Source: an uncultured delta proteobacterium (GTDB lineage: Bacteria; Myxococcota_A; Polyangia; Polyangiales; Polyangiaceae). From it: a stretch of DNA of 64,000 bases. Shown here piece by piece: positions 33,130 to 43,908 of this stretch. The stretch lies in NCBI GenBank assembly GCA_963850305.1, contig CAWKKR010000001.1:320001-384000 (forward strand). Direction: 5' to 3'. The notes beneath the pieces were generated by a model that was given only the letters and a program-made list of their open reading frames with translations, was not told the origin of the DNA and made no database searches. Positions within the stretch are counted from its first letter, which is position 1, and each line of letters begins with the position of its first letter. Both the position numbers and the translations under genes were made by a program.

Positions 33130-34120
33130 TCATTTATTTTGTTGCTGCGGATTCGAACCCAGCGGTGAAACGAGGATACGGTCTTCCTCGCCGAGCTCCG
33201 TCGCGGCCACGACTCGCAGATCGACCCCGTCGCAAACGCGATGAAGAACCACGGGACTTACCGCACCGGCGGCGCAGCGCGCCGCGGGCAACACGGGTTC
33301 CACCGCTGCCGCGACGATCTCGGCGGCCTGACCGATCGCCTCGGCGCGTCCAACGATGTCGCCCGACGAAATGGCCGAGGTGCCGACGGCCTCGCCGAGA
33401 CGGGTGAAGAGGTCGGGCCCGGTGATCCACGCCGCCTGCACGCCGCCCTTCTCCATGCGCATCCTGACGTCGTAAACGGCCTCGCGCGCGACCTGGACTT
33501 TCGCTTCCGGCACGCCGTAGTCGACGACCACCGTGCGCGTGCAGGCCTCCGAGTCACAACGAGCGGCGGGCTCGACGAGCCGGTATGCGTAGATCGAGCT
33601 CCGGATCGAGCTCCGACCGGCGTTTGCCCCACTGGCGAATCGAGGCGAGACGACGCGCCCAGGTCCCGACACTGGCGATGAGCTCGTGGCGTCCCGCCTC
33701 CGCCGATGCGAGGTCGCGCTCGATCCGCGCGACCTTTTCGTCGAATGCCTGCTCGCGAAGCACCCGGTATTTCTCCGTCAAGCTGAGCTCGACGAGCCGC
33801 TCCGCGGCGCGCGCGGCCTCGGACCCCTCGGGCACGGCTCTCAGGAACGCCTCGAGTCGCGCGGGATTGTCCCACGAATGCTTCACGTAATGCCGCGCGG
33901 AGGCGAAAAACCATCGCTCGATCTCGGAACGGTACGTCCCCCTGGGACGCCGGCGCAGGTACTCGAAGCTCGCCGCGAGCTTCCGCTCCACGGTTGGGGC
34001 GACGCGGTACTGTCGATACGCGCCGTAATCGCTGACGGAGACGGTGGCGGAGTGCTGGAGCTCCGCGCACCCAAGCGTCGCACACAGAGCGAAGGAGCCA
34101 AGGAGGAACCGTCGCTTCAT
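33130..34120 (-). CDS. Hypothetical lipoprotein, frameshift near 33600
   Basis: MKRRFLLGSFALCATLGC lipobox-like start; ORF 33554..34144 continues in ORF 33130..33672 (YAYRLVEPAARCDSEAC...). Confidence 0.65.
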
Positions 34121-34516
34121 GGTCGCACCGGGCAAAAATCGCACTCGGTCGGCACGGTCGCCGCCGCGTCGGCGACGTACCCGACGTACTCACTGCAGCT
34201 CGCCTCGAGCAGCCGCCGCAGACACACCTCGCCGTCGTGCACCAGGGGCTCGCAATCGACCGGAAACGCGGTCTGCACCGCCGGCTCCGTGCACGCGATA
34301 GTGCACGTGTGTGTGTCGAGCCCGCACGAGCGACAGCGCTCGCAGTCGATCTCCTGCCTTCCCTCGAAGAATGTCGTCGGATTCGAGGAGCTGAACGGGC
34401 TCTGCACAGGAACCGATGTCGCCCGGCACGGGCGCCGCACACAGGAGCCCGGCGAGTAGCGCTCCGAACCGGCGCGAGCGCGAGGGTCGTGCTTTTCGTG
34501 CGGGCGTTCGCTTCAT
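34117..34516 (-). CDS. Small exported Cys-rich hypothetical protein, frameshift near 34380
   Basis: MKRTP...FGALLAGLLCAAPVPGDIGSC joins FFEGRQEIDCERCRSC...CDFCPVRP; ATGA-type overlaps on both sides. Confidence 0.6.
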
Positions 34517-35145
34517 GGGAGGACCTCGAAGTCGTAGAAGGCGCCGGCTTGAAACGACAGGAGCGGGATCGCCGTGCGCGGCGTGTCGAGCGTCGCGGCG
34601 CCGTAGAACAGGCTCCCGACGAGCGACGCCGTGAGACCGATGCCAGCCGTCAGATAAACGATCCCGCCGCCCGCGATTTCGAAGCCCGCGTTGAAGTCGG
34701 GCCGGACGACGATCGGGATCCCTGCGCGCGCTAGGAGACCGAACCGCGACGTGGACCGCACGAGACACACGTACGACGGTGTCAGGACCTCTTGCCTGAT
34801 CCCGTCGAGCGCGAACGAGCCGTGGAGCGCGACGCCGTGGAACACCGGGCCTGCGCCGCCGAGGACCGCGCCGACCTGCACGTCGAGGTACGTCGCCGTG
34901 AGCGAGAGCGATCGCGCGTCGCTCCCGAGCTCGGTCTCCAGCCGGTAGGGATTATTGAAACGCAGCCCGCGACCCACCTCGAGGCCGGCGAAGAGATGAT
35001 ACGCGGGACCGAGCCGGATCGGGATCTCCGGCGGGGGCGGCGCGACGGCGGCGACGGCGTCCGACGCGGGCACCGGATCCTCTGCAGGCGCCGCCGGAGT
35101 CGCGAACGCGAGGGCGGCGACGGCGGCTCGGAAGGGTCGGTTCAT
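34513..35145 (-). CDS. Exported hypothetical protein, possible outer-membrane beta-barrel
   Basis: Signal peptide, amphipathic beta-strand pattern, C-terminal GAFYDFEVLP. Confidence 0.6.
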   Translation of the reverse strand: MNRPFRAAVAALAFATPAAPAEDPVPASDAVAAVAPPPPEIPIRLGPAYHLFAGLEVGRGLRFNNPYRLETELGSDARSLSLTATYLDVQVGAVLGGAGPVFHGVALHGSFALDGIRQEVLTPSYVCLVRSTSRFGLLARAGIPIVVRPDFNAGFEIAGGGIVYLTAGIGLTASLVGSLFYGAATLDTPRTAIPLLSFQAGAFYDFEVLP

Positions 35146-35170
35146 GGACGGGTGCGCGCAACCCCGACGG

Positions 35171-36472
35171 TCACCCGCGACAGGCGAGCTCGACGTCCGC
35201 GACGCTCTTCGGGATCGCTGCGCTGAGCACCTCGCACCCGCCGGGCGTGACCAGGACATCGTCCTCGATGCGGACGCCGATCCCGCGAAAACGGGACGGT
35301 GCGCGGTCGTCGTTCACGGGCACGTAGAGACCGGGTTCGACCGTGAGCACCACCCCCGCCTCGAGGGGCCGTGGCTTGCCGTGCTCGAAATAGCGGCCCA
35401 CGTCGTGCACGTCCATGCCGAGATAGTGACTCGTCTTGTGCATGTAATAGCGCTTGTAGCGCTCCTCGGAGATCGCCTGCTCGAGCGGCCCGTCGATCAA
35501 CCCGAGCTCGATCATTCCCGCCGCGAGCACCTCGACGCTCGCGAAATGCACGTCGTCGAACGTCGCTCCTGGTCGAGTGCGCGCGATGCTCGCCTCCTGA
35601 GCCGCGAGCACCAGCTCGTAAATCGAGCGCTGGGGCTCCGTGAACTTGCCGGTAACCGGGAACGCGCGCGTGACGTCCGCGGCGTAGTAGCCGTACTCCG
35701 CCCCGGCATCGATCAAGACGAGATCCCCTTCCTTCATTCGTCGGTCGTTCTTGCGATAGTGCAGGACCGTGGCATTGGGGCCCGATCCGACGATGGACCC
35801 GTATGCGGGGCGCTCCGAGCCGCGCCCCCGAAATACGGACGTCAGGAGCGCCTCGATCTCGTATTCGTGCATGCCGGGGCCGGCCTTCTGCATCGCGAGC
35901 ACGTGGGCTTCGCGCGTGATGTCGATCGCCCGCCGCATGAGCTCGACCTCGTTCGCCCCCTTCAAACGGCGCATCTCGTGGAGCACCGTCGCGGGGTCGA
36001 TGATCTCCGACGGCACGGCCGACCCGCGGCGTGTTCGCGGCCGCGTGCGTTCGATCGCCGAAAAAACGATGTCGTCCTCGGCCCGGTCGCGACCGACCCG
36101 ATAAAAAAGGCGCGGCGCGTTTTCCAGAAAGTCGGGAAGCTTCTGGGAAAGCTCTTCGACCGGGTAGGCTGAGACCGCGCCGAAATCGGTGCGCGCGCCC
36201 TCGACACCGGCTCGCGCGCCATCCCAGGTTTCACGCTCGGGATCCCGCGGCCGCACGAAGAGAACGAAGCTCTCGGCGTGCACGGTACCGAGGACGAGCA
36301 CGGCACCGGGCTCGTCGAACCCGGTCAGGTAGTAAAAGTCGGAGTCCTGTCGATATTCGTACTCCACGTCGTTGTTGCGGAGCGCCGCCCGAGCGGCGAA
36401 CACGACGAGGACCCCCGAGCCCATCTTTTCGAGCGCGCGTTCGCGCCGTTCCGCAAAAACCGAGTAGCTCAT
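35171..36472 (-). CDS. pepP: Xaa-Pro aminopeptidase P
   Basis: YRQDSDFYYLTGF, DAGAE...ADVTR, HYLGMDVHD, TVEPGLY, GVRIEDD. Confidence 0.95.
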   Translation of the reverse strand: MSYSVFAERRERALEKMGSGVLVVFAARAALRNNDVEYEYRQDSDFYYLTGFDEPGAVLVLGTVHAESFVLFVRPRDPERETWDGARAGVEGARTDFGAVSAYPVEELSQKLPDFLENAPRLFYRVGRDRAEDDIVFSAIERTRPRTRRGSAVPSEIIDPATVLHEMRRLKGANEVELMRRAIDITREAHVLAMQKAGPGMHEYEIEALLTSVFRGRGSERPAYGSIVGSGPNATVLHYRKNDRRMKEGDLVLIDAGAEYGYYAADVTRAFPVTGKFTEPQRSIYELVLAAQEASIARTRPGATFDDVHFASVEVLAAGMIELGLIDGPLEQAISEERYKRYYMHKTSHYLGMDVHDVGRYFEHGKPRPLEAGVVLTVEPGLYVPVNDDRAPSRFRGIGVRIEDDVLVTPGGCEVLSAAIPKSVADVELACRG

Positions 36473-37149
36473 CAGGGTCTGGACTTTAGCATGTGCTCGC
36501 CGCGCCAGATGGCGACCGAGACCTCGCCGTGGCCCGAGTGGGTCGAGAAGTGCGCCTCGAACTCGCCGTCGCGAAGGGCGCAGAACGGCCCGCCCTCATC
36601 GACCACCAGCCAGCGCCGGTTCTGGTTCGTGAGCGACACCCGTGGCCCGCGAAGCTGCACGATCTCGACCTCGAGATCGTCGACCGGCGCTGCCGCAACC
36701 GCAAAGAGGCGGTAGCAGTCGTGCCGGTGCACTGCCCACTGATAAACGAAAGGGCCTTCCGCCTCGTCGACGGTCCCGTTCGCGCGTGCGAACGAGGTCA
36801 AGCCATTCACCGGACCGCACGAGAGCGACAACCGCATCACATCGATACGCGGCGTCGCGCGCGGCGCGAACCCGTCGTAACAACCGACACCGAGCGGGTC
36901 GCCACCATCCGAAGATGGGAGAGGAACGGCTCCCGCCATCGCGCCCCCGGCGACGCCGGGAGAACCAGGAGCATCCGACGAAGCTCGGGTGGTCAGGGCT
37001 CGAACCGGTGCCGGCGCGGAGACCTCGGCCTTCGTCTCGCCGGGCCGATGATCGTCCACAGCAGGCGTTTTCCGAGGTTCACGCGCGCACGCCGCGGTGA
37101 CGAGGACGACAGCACTCAAGAAAGCGCGGACTGCGTTTGACTGACGCAC
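36472..37149 (-). CDS. Hypothetical lipoprotein
   Basis: VVLVTAAC lipobox, low-complexity linker, Cys-containing beta domain (CYRLFAVA...DLEVEI...GPFC). Start uncertain. Confidence 0.6.
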   Translation of the reverse strand: MRQSNAVRAFLSAVVLVTAACAREPRKTPAVDDHRPGETKAEVSAPAPVRALTTRASSDAPGSPGVAGGAMAGAVPLPSSDGGDPLGVGCYDGFAPRATPRIDVMRLSLSCGPVNGLTSFARANGTVDEAEGPFVYQWAVHRHDCYRLFAVAAAPVDDLEVEIVQLRGPRVSLTNQNRRWLVVDEGGPFCALRDGEFEAHFSTHSGHGEVSVAIWRGEHMLKSRP

Positions 37150-37171
37150 CGCGCCAGGGTACTCCGTAATC

Positions 37172-37645
37172 GTGCAGAGTGATTTGCCTCCGACATCGGA
37201 GCGACCCGAAGCCGATCGGGGCGATCGGGACCGACGACGGCTCGAGCGATTGATCCCAGAGCTGGTCAAGCGGTTGCTCGAAACTGGACTCGAGAAGCTC
37301 GCAGAAGCTCCGGAAAACGCGCGTCACCTCGTCAACGAGCTGCGGCTGCCGCGCGAGGTTCTTTCGCTCCTCCTGGCTCAGCTCGACGAGACGAAGAATG
37401 GCCTTTACCGTGTCGTCGCCAAGGAGACGCGGGATTTTCTGGAGCACACGAACTTTTCCGACGAGCTCGCGCGGGTGCTCACGACGCTGTCGTTCGAGAT
37501 CAAGACCGAAGTGCGCTTCATCCCGAACGACTCGAGACTCGGCGCGTCGCCGGACGTTCGCGCTCGTGTTCGGGTCAAGAAGGCGGAAACCGGCCGTCGC
37601 GGCTCGGAACCACCAGTCCCCCCTCCTGGGGACCCCGACACGTGA
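37172..37645 (+). CDS. Hypothetical protein
   Basis: 157-aa helical ORF (LPREVLSLLLAQLDETKNGLYRVVAKE...LSFEIKTEVRF) with host-like codon usage. Confidence 0.7.
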   Translation: MQSDLPPTSERPEADRGDRDRRRLERLIPELVKRLLETGLEKLAEAPENARHLVNELRLPREVLSLLLAQLDETKNGLYRVVAKETRDFLEHTNFSDELARVLTTLSFEIKTEVRFIPNDSRLGASPDVRARVRVKKAETGRRGSEPPVPPPGDPDT

Positions 37646-37707
37646 CCTTCGCCGAGGCGCATCCTCGGCAAGGCTTGCGAGATTCGAGCAACGAGCGCCT
37701 CCGCGGA

Positions 37708-40554
37708 GTGCGCACACTTCGCTGCCTCGTGGCGATGGCGCTCGCGCTTCTCTCGAATGGCGCGCGAGCCGACGTGAGTCTGGCGCCGTCGCACGACGGG
37801 CATCTCGGTGGGTGGCTGCTGGCTGGTCCCTTTCCACGCCACGGGATCTCCGTTTCAGCCGGCCGCGCTTCGACCCGCGGCGGGACAACACCTCGATATC
37901 CCGCTTCAGTGGCTGCGCTGGGCGGTGACGGACGGGGGCACCGAGGCCATCGACGTCGACCGTTCACTCGGGGCAACAAAGGGGGACCGCGTGCTGCTCG
38001 CGGGCGTTCTCGATCTGCGTCAGCAGCTAGACGGCTGGCTGCTTCTCTCCGTCGACGGCGCGGTGGACGTCGCGGTCGATGGAAAGGTCGTATGGCATCG
38101 CGCAAAGCCCCACGCAGCCGGCGGCGCGTGGGATCCGATTCTCACTCGAGCTCGACCCCGGCTCGCACACGATCGTCCTCGACCTGGCGCGCTTCATGAA
38201 CCCGTGGCGCATGGAGGCCCGCGTCCTGGAGAAGGCGACCCTGGCCCCGCCTGCCGGCGCACGTTTCCGGCTGCCAGGCGCGGGTCCGGACGCCGCCGCG
38301 GGCCTGGCGGGAGATCTCGCCGACGTGACGGTGCTCGCGGGTGCAGGGCCTGACGGCTACCAACCGAGCGTCCGCGTCGCGTTTCCGCGAGGTGCGGTCG
38401 ACGATCCGTCCATCCACGTGTTCGCGGATCTGTCGTCGAAGGGGTCGCCTCTGTCGCCACCCTTCGACCTGGGCAAGGTTCCCGTCGCAGCGTCCGACGT
38501 GCTGTCGGTGGAGGCCGCTCTGCCCAAGATTGCGATTCCCTCGTTCAACGCGGTAAATACGCCGATCCTCGACGAGGTTGGCGTGCGAATCGGCACCGGC
38601 AAGCAATCGCGGAAGCTCGATTTGTATGCAGACGTACCCGGACAGCTTGCCAGAGGCATGGCCATGCGGTCCAGGATCGCAACTCTTCCGGGCCTGTCGG
38701 ACCGCGATGCCGTGATCGCATCGCTCGACGAAAGCCTCGCGGAAGTCGTGACAGCGAGTGACCGCGACGACGGCAGTGCGAGTCCCGCAACCGCGCGCCT
38801 TCGAACGTTGCTAGACCAGCTCGACGCGGGAAAGGATCCCCTTCACGAGCCCGGTGTCCTAGCCCTGGCGCGGCGTTCCCCGGTAGACGGAGCGCCGCAG
38901 CCGTTTTGCCTCCACGTCCCGGCCGGGTACGCACGAGGCACGAAGCGGCGGTATCCGCTCGTGGTGGTGCTCCACGGGTACCGGGGCAACCCCGGTCGCG
39001 TGATGGCCGCATTTCTCGGGACCGAATCCACGCGACCGCACCCCGGCGTGGACGGCTTCGTGCTGGCCCCGAACGCACACGGGGATTCGTTCTATCGCGG
39101 ACCGGGCGAAACGGAGGTGCTGGACCTCCTGGACTGGGTCCTCGCGACGTACCCGATCGACCCAGACCGCGTTTCGATCACGGGCATCTCCATGGGCGGC
39201 ACGGGAGCGTCGCACTTTGCGCTCCGGTATCCCGATCGCTTCGCGGCGGCGGCGGCTCTCGCGGGATATCATAGCTACTTCGTCCGCCGCGACATCCGTG
39301 GACGGCGTCTCCGCGCATGGGAAAGGCACGAGCTCACACGGTGGTCGCCGGCGAGCTGGGCAGAGAACGGCCACGATCTTTTTCTTTACGTCGCGCAGGG
39401 CACGCACGATCTGCCGCTCGAACACTCCACGTCCCTCACCGAGCGGTACAAGGCGCTGGGCTACGAGCTCGTCGAGAAGTGGCCCGACATCGGACACGAC
39501 GTGTGGCGCATCGTGTGGGGAGACGCGCTGCTGTGGCCGACGCTATCCGCGAGACGGATCGCGACGGCCCCGGCGCACGTCTTCCTGAAGACCGATTCGT
39601 TGACATACGGCAGGAGTCGCTGGGTACGGATCACGGGCTTGTCGCGATGGGACACCGACGCCGACATCGACGCGCGTATCCTTCACTCGAATCACATCGC
39701 GGTAACGACGCATGGAGTGAGTGCCTTCGAATTACTCAGACCCCCCAACCGCATCGCGGTGAGCGGCGAAGTCAGCGTCAAGGTCGATGGAACGCCGCTC
39801 ACGTTCGGGCCGGACGCGCCGGTCGCAGCTCACAAGGACGGCAGCACCTGGGCCACGGGATTAGTCCCGCCGGCGGATCACGCAGTGAAGCGTGCGGGGC
39901 TCGAGGGACCGATCCGCGACGCCTACGCGGGGCCGCTCGCGTTCGTCTATGGCACCCTAGATCCTCGACAGACCGAGGCCGCGCGCGAGGTCGCCGAGCA
40001 CTTCAAGGCTCGATGGGCAGGCGACGCCCAGTTCCCTGTTCTGCCGGACACTGCGGTCACGGACGATCTCGTGGCAACGCACTCGCTGTTCCTCGTGGGC
40101 TCGAGGGACTCGAACAGGCTCGTCCGGGACATGGATCCGCTGCTTCCGCTCGCGATCGACGCGGAAGGCGTTCGGGCCGGCAACAGCCATCTCCACGGCG
40201 ACGCAGGCCTCGGCTTCGCGTGCATCTATCCGAATCCCAGGAAATCCATCGCGATACGTCGTTCTCGTGGAAGGCGCGAACGTGCGCGGGCTCTACCGCT
40301 CGTTGGCGCTTCCGAACCAGCTTCCCGACTTCATCGTCTTCGACTCGGCCTTGGCTCCGGCCGCAGGCCAGCAGGTGCTGGGCGACGCTCGGTCGATCGC
40401 TGCCGGCTATTTCGACGGAGACTTTCGTCTCCCCGCGCAGTCCCCCGATCGACCGTCGAGTGCCGCGGCCCCGGACGTTCCGGCGAAGGAGGAGGCGGAA
40501 GCCGTCTTGGGACTCCATAGCTACGCTTCAGCGTCTGGAGCTCGGAGACCGTGA
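37708..40554 (+). CDS. Secreted multidomain alpha/beta-hydrolase (esterase/peptidase-like), about three frameshifts
   Basis: Signal peptide, YPLVVVLHG, GISMGG nucleophile elbow, GHDVW. Reading passes through ORFs 37642, 37808, 38079 and 40267. Boundaries approximate. Confidence 0.75.
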
Positions 40555-41230
40555 GGTGTCGCCATTCGCCTGGCCGTAGCCCTTCGTCGGTGATCCCCGC
40601 GAACGACAAGCGAGCTAGCCGCATGACGGGAAAGCCCGTGGCCTCGCCGAGACGGTGTATCTGGCGATTCTTCCCCTCGCGCAGGACGATCTGCAGCCAA
40701 GTCTTGTCGCCTTCGATCCGAAGTAACTCGACCTCCGCTGGGCGTGTCGGGCGACCGTCGATCTCGATGCTTCGTTCGAAGCGCTCGACGTCCGAGTCGG
40801 TCATCTTGCCCGCGACTTTCGCGACGTAGACTTTCGGCGACTCCTTCGCCGGGTGTAGCAGCGCCATCGCCAAGTCGCCGTCGTTCGTCAAAAGGAGCGT
40901 GCCGCTCGTGTGAAAATCGAGCCGACCCACCGGCACGACCCGCGCCTCCACCCTGCGCAGGTACTCGGCGACCGTGGGACGGCCCTCCGGATCGGACATC
41001 GTGCTCACCACGTTTCGCGGCTTGTGAAACACGAGATAAACCAGGACCTCCGGCGTGACGGGCCGCCCGTCGACTTCGATCTTCTGCGCCTCGGGATCAG
41101 CGCGCGCCCCGAGTTCGACGACGATCTTTCCGTCGACCGTAACGCGACCCTCCGTGATGAGCGTCTCGGCCTTCCGGCGCGACGCAATGCCGGCCTGTGC
41201 TAGGAGCTTTTGGAGCCGAACCGAGGGCAC
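40331..41230 (-). CDS. rRNA pseudouridine synthase (RsuA/RluB family)
   Basis: RLQKLLAQAGIASRRKAE S4 domain, VGRLD, LLLTNDG, EGKNRQI. Confidence 0.93.
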   Translation of the reverse strand: MPSVRLQKLLAQAGIASRRKAETLITEGRVTVDGKIVVELGARADPEAQKIEVDGRPVTPEVLVYLVFHKPRNVVSTMSDPEGRPTVAEYLRRVEARVVPVGRLDFHTSGTLLLTNDGDLAMALLHPAKESPKVYVAKVAGKMTDSDVERFERSIEIDGRPTRPAEVELLRIEGDKTWLQIVLREGKNRQIHRLGEATGFPVMRLARLSFAGITDEGLRPGEWRHLTVSELQTLKRSYGVPRRLPPPPSPERPGPRHSTVDRGTARGDESLRRNSRQRSTERRPAPAGLRPEPRPSRRR

Positions 41231-41322
41231 CTCGCGGAGATATCAGATACCCGCCGTCGTCGGTATCGTCGAGGACGGCTCACTTGAAGGCACCCGCGTT
41301 CCGCGCTAATCGTCGGAGCAGG

Positions 41323-41676
41323 ATGCGGCGCGTCGACAAGCCTTGGGGTTACGAAATCATCTGGGCCGAAACGGAGCGCTACGTCGCCAAGGTGCTCTTC
41401 ATCCGACGGGGCCAGCGTTTGAGCCGTCAATTTCACCGGAAGAAGGACGAAACTTTCTTCGTGGAATCCGGGGAAATGCTCCTCGAGATTGGCGAGCCGG
41501 CGTCGATCGAGGCGCGCCAGATGACAAAAGGCGACACCTTCCATTGTTCCCCCGGAACCGTGCATCGGATGATAGGGCAAACCGACGTTCGCGTTTTCGA
41601 GGTATCCACGCCCGAGCTCGACGACGTGGTGCGTCTCGAAGACGCGTACGGGCGCGAGGGCACGGACGCGCCGTGA
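41323..41676 (+). CDS. Cupin domain protein (mannose-6-phosphate isomerase-like)
   Basis: KPWG, LSRQFHRKKDET, PGTVHR, EVSTPELDDVVRLEDAYGR. Confidence 0.85.
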   Translation: MRRVDKPWGYEIIWAETERYVAKVLFIRRGQRLSRQFHRKKDETFFVESGEMLLEIGEPASIEARQMTKGDTFHCSPGTVHRMIGQTDVRVFEVSTPELDDVVRLEDAYGREGTDAP

Positions 41677-41717
41677 AGACGACCTGATGGAACCGCCCGG
41701 CCGAACCCGGGCCCTTG

Positions 41718-42557
41718 TCAGGGCAGTTTCGAGCCGGGCTGGCTCTTGTTCTCAGTATTAGGCTTGTCCGCGGCCTTTGTGGGAGGCATGGCTCCAGACG
41801 GTGTCGGGGCCGGAGCGGCTTTGGTCGCGGCGGCCGGAGGTGTGCTCGTCTCGGTGGGGACCGCGGACCCTTTGGCGGCCGCTTTTTCCTCCTCCTGCCG
41901 TTCTTTCTCCTCCGCTATCCGGTGAGCGACCTCATCGCGGTCCCAGCGGTCCACGTGCCCATCGAAATCCAGATCCACACCAATGCGCTCGAGTTCGCCG
42001 TCAGTGTAAATCTCCCACACGTCGGGCTTGCCATCGAAGTTCGTATCGCGCTGGATTCGCGAGATCTTGCCTTTGACGTAGTAGCGGGTCTCGTCCGGTG
42101 CTCCGTCGTGGTTGGTGTCGATCTCCACCTTCGAAATGTGGCCCGCCGAGAAGTGAATCCACGTGTCGATCTTGCCGTCGTAGTTCGTGTCGGCCTGCTC
42201 GTCGATCGGGTCGCCCTTGTCGTTGTAAGTGCGGACGACGTCTTTCGCACCGTCCAGGTTCGTGTCGATTTCGCGACAGAACAGCACGCGACGCCGATCG
42301 TCGCCCTCACCGATGATTCCGAAGACGCGGCGCACATTGGGCATCACCGCGCCCGGACCGCTCGACTCGATGACCTCGCGATCCACGCGTCCCTTGTAGT
42401 CGCAGCGGGACTGATCGTCGTGCTCGAGCGCCATGTCACGAGAGACAGCCGCAGCCTGAGCCGGCGTGCTGGCTGTGGCTTGTTCAGAGGTGCCGCCACC
42501 ACCGCACGCGACCGCAAGCAGACAAGCGGGAAACAGAGCTTTGTGCGTGCCCTTCAT
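41718..42557 (-). CDS. Lipoprotein with Dx[DN]xDG repeats
   Basis: LAVAC lipobox; DTNLDG, DTNYDG, DTNHDG, DTNFDG, DLDFDG at about 22-aa spacing. Confidence 0.8.
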   Translation of the reverse strand: MKGTHKALFPACLLAVACGGGGTSEQATASTPAQAAAVSRDMALEHDDQSRCDYKGRVDREVIESSGPGAVMPNVRRVFGIIGEGDDRRRVLFCREIDTNLDGAKDVVRTYNDKGDPIDEQADTNYDGKIDTWIHFSAGHISKVEIDTNHDGAPDETRYYVKGKISRIQRDTNFDGKPDVWEIYTDGELERIGVDLDFDGHVDRWDRDEVAHRIAEEKERQEEEKAAAKGSAVPTETSTPPAAATKAAPAPTPSGAMPPTKAADKPNTENKSQPGSKLP

Positions 42558-43315
42558 TTCTTCGTTCCGTTCGCGTCGGGGGCTGGCTTCTCGTTCACCT
42601 CCGTCGGCACGCTATCACCGGTACTACTCTTGTCGAAGTTCGCGCCGGATGGCGCCTTCTCCGCCTCTCGTTCTGGGGGCACGTAACCGCTGTCTTCCCC
42701 GCAGACATTCACCGTCGCACCCGGATCCGGCAGTCCGTCTCCGTCGACGTCGGAGTGAATTAGCGGGCATTCGGGTTGATCCGGCTTCGGGTACTCCCAC
42801 CACTGGTCAATCTGCGCGTCCCCGTCGGAATCTCGTTCGGTCCGCGCAAGCTTACCGTTCTGATAGAAGTGCCAGGTGTCGAGCTTGCCGGTGAGCGTGG
42901 TTGCGCGCATCTTCTCCACCAGCACGCCCTGCTTGTAGATCGCAATCTCGTCGACTCGGCCGTCACGGTCGTAGTCGCTTTCTCGACGTCGCACGTTGCC
43001 AGCGTCGTCGTAATAGATCCACTCATCCGGCACGCCATCGAAGTTGAGATCGACGGAGCGGCAAACCTCGCGGCCCCCCGACTTCACGATGACAATGTCG
43101 GGCCGTGAGTCGCCTCCAACGTTGAGTTTTTCCGTGTCGGCTCCTCCGACGGGACAATCCTCATGCACGATGCGGATATCGCGCCGCGTTACCTGCCCTG
43201 GCTGCGAAGGGTGGTTGGGGTCCTGAGTCGGTGTAGCGGCACATCCAGACAGCCCTGCGCCCAGTGCGACCGCAAAGGTAAAGTGATGGAAAGGATTTGC
43301 AATTCTGGACGTCAT
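42554..43315 (-). CDS. Lipoprotein with Dx[DN]xDG repeats (paralog of the adjacent gene)
   Basis: LSGC lipobox; DLNFDG, DYDRDG, DSDGDA, DVDGDG; ATGA overlap. Confidence 0.8.
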   Translation of the reverse strand: MTSRIANPFHHFTFAVALGAGLSGCAATPTQDPNHPSQPGQVTRRDIRIVHEDCPVGGADTEKLNVGGDSRPDIVIVKSGGREVCRSVDLNFDGVPDEWIYYDDAGNVRRRESDYDRDGRVDEIAIYKQGVLVEKMRATTLTGKLDTWHFYQNGKLARTERDSDGDAQIDQWWEYPKPDQPECPLIHSDVDGDGLPDPGATVNVCGEDSGYVPPEREAEKAPSGANFDKSSTGDSVPTEVNEKPAPDANGTKK

Positions 43316-43514
43316 GTTAGGTGCAAACTCGCGTATCCAAGTCGGAACCCTACCCAGTCGGGTCGCGCCCGGCCCTGTCGGCGCCCCCGAGGACGGGGCA
43401 CTGGATCCTAGGCGGACAGTCGCCCGCTGGCAAGCCGTCCCACATCACCGCCCAGCCCCAAAAGGACACCGTGCGGGCGGAGTTCGCGCTCGGCGCGATA
43501 CGAGCAAATAATCG

Positions 43515-43584
43515 ATAATACTAGATATTATTATGCGTTCGTCCCCGGCGCTGATTTGACAACACACGTATGGGAATCTAATGT
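43515..43584 (+). promoter_or_regulatory. AT-rich promoter region with inverted repeat and sigma70-type boxes
   Basis: ATAATA-ctaga-TATTAT (43515-43531); TTGACA (43556-43561), 17 nt, TAATGT (43579-43584). Confidence 0.5.
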
Positions 43585-43630
43585 AACGAGGGGCAAGTCG
43601 CCCCCGGTTCTGCCCGCTCCGAGCGCCCCG

Positions 43631-43831
43631 ATGTCCCGCAAGAAAATCTCGACGACTGTTTACATCACGCCGGAGCAGAACGATCGGCTCCACTTGCTGC
43701 ACGACCGTACCAAGGTGCCCGTGGCCGTGTACATCCGTGAAGGCATCGACCTAGTGCTGAAGCGCTACGAACATGAGCTGCCAGGGCAGATGACGCTCGA
43801 CGCTACGCCTCGAACGAGCGCTCGAAAGTAA
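43631..43831 (+). CDS. Ribbon-helix-helix DNA-binding protein
   Basis: MSRKKISTTVYITPEQNDRLHLLHDRTKVPVAVYIREGIDLVL: beta strand then two helices. Confidence 0.85.
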   Translation: MSRKKISTTVYITPEQNDRLHLLHDRTKVPVAVYIREGIDLVLKRYEHELPGQMTLDATPRTSARK

Positions 43832-43908
43832 CGACTGCTCCCAATGTGAGGCGCCGAGCGGGCTAGCTCGCCTGTGGTATGCCGTGCCCGGCCTTCTGAA
43901 CCTCGACC

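Noticed and set aside
34117..34516. Multiheme cytochrome c
   Set aside because: Cys-rich, but CERCR and CDFCP lack the His of CxxCH.
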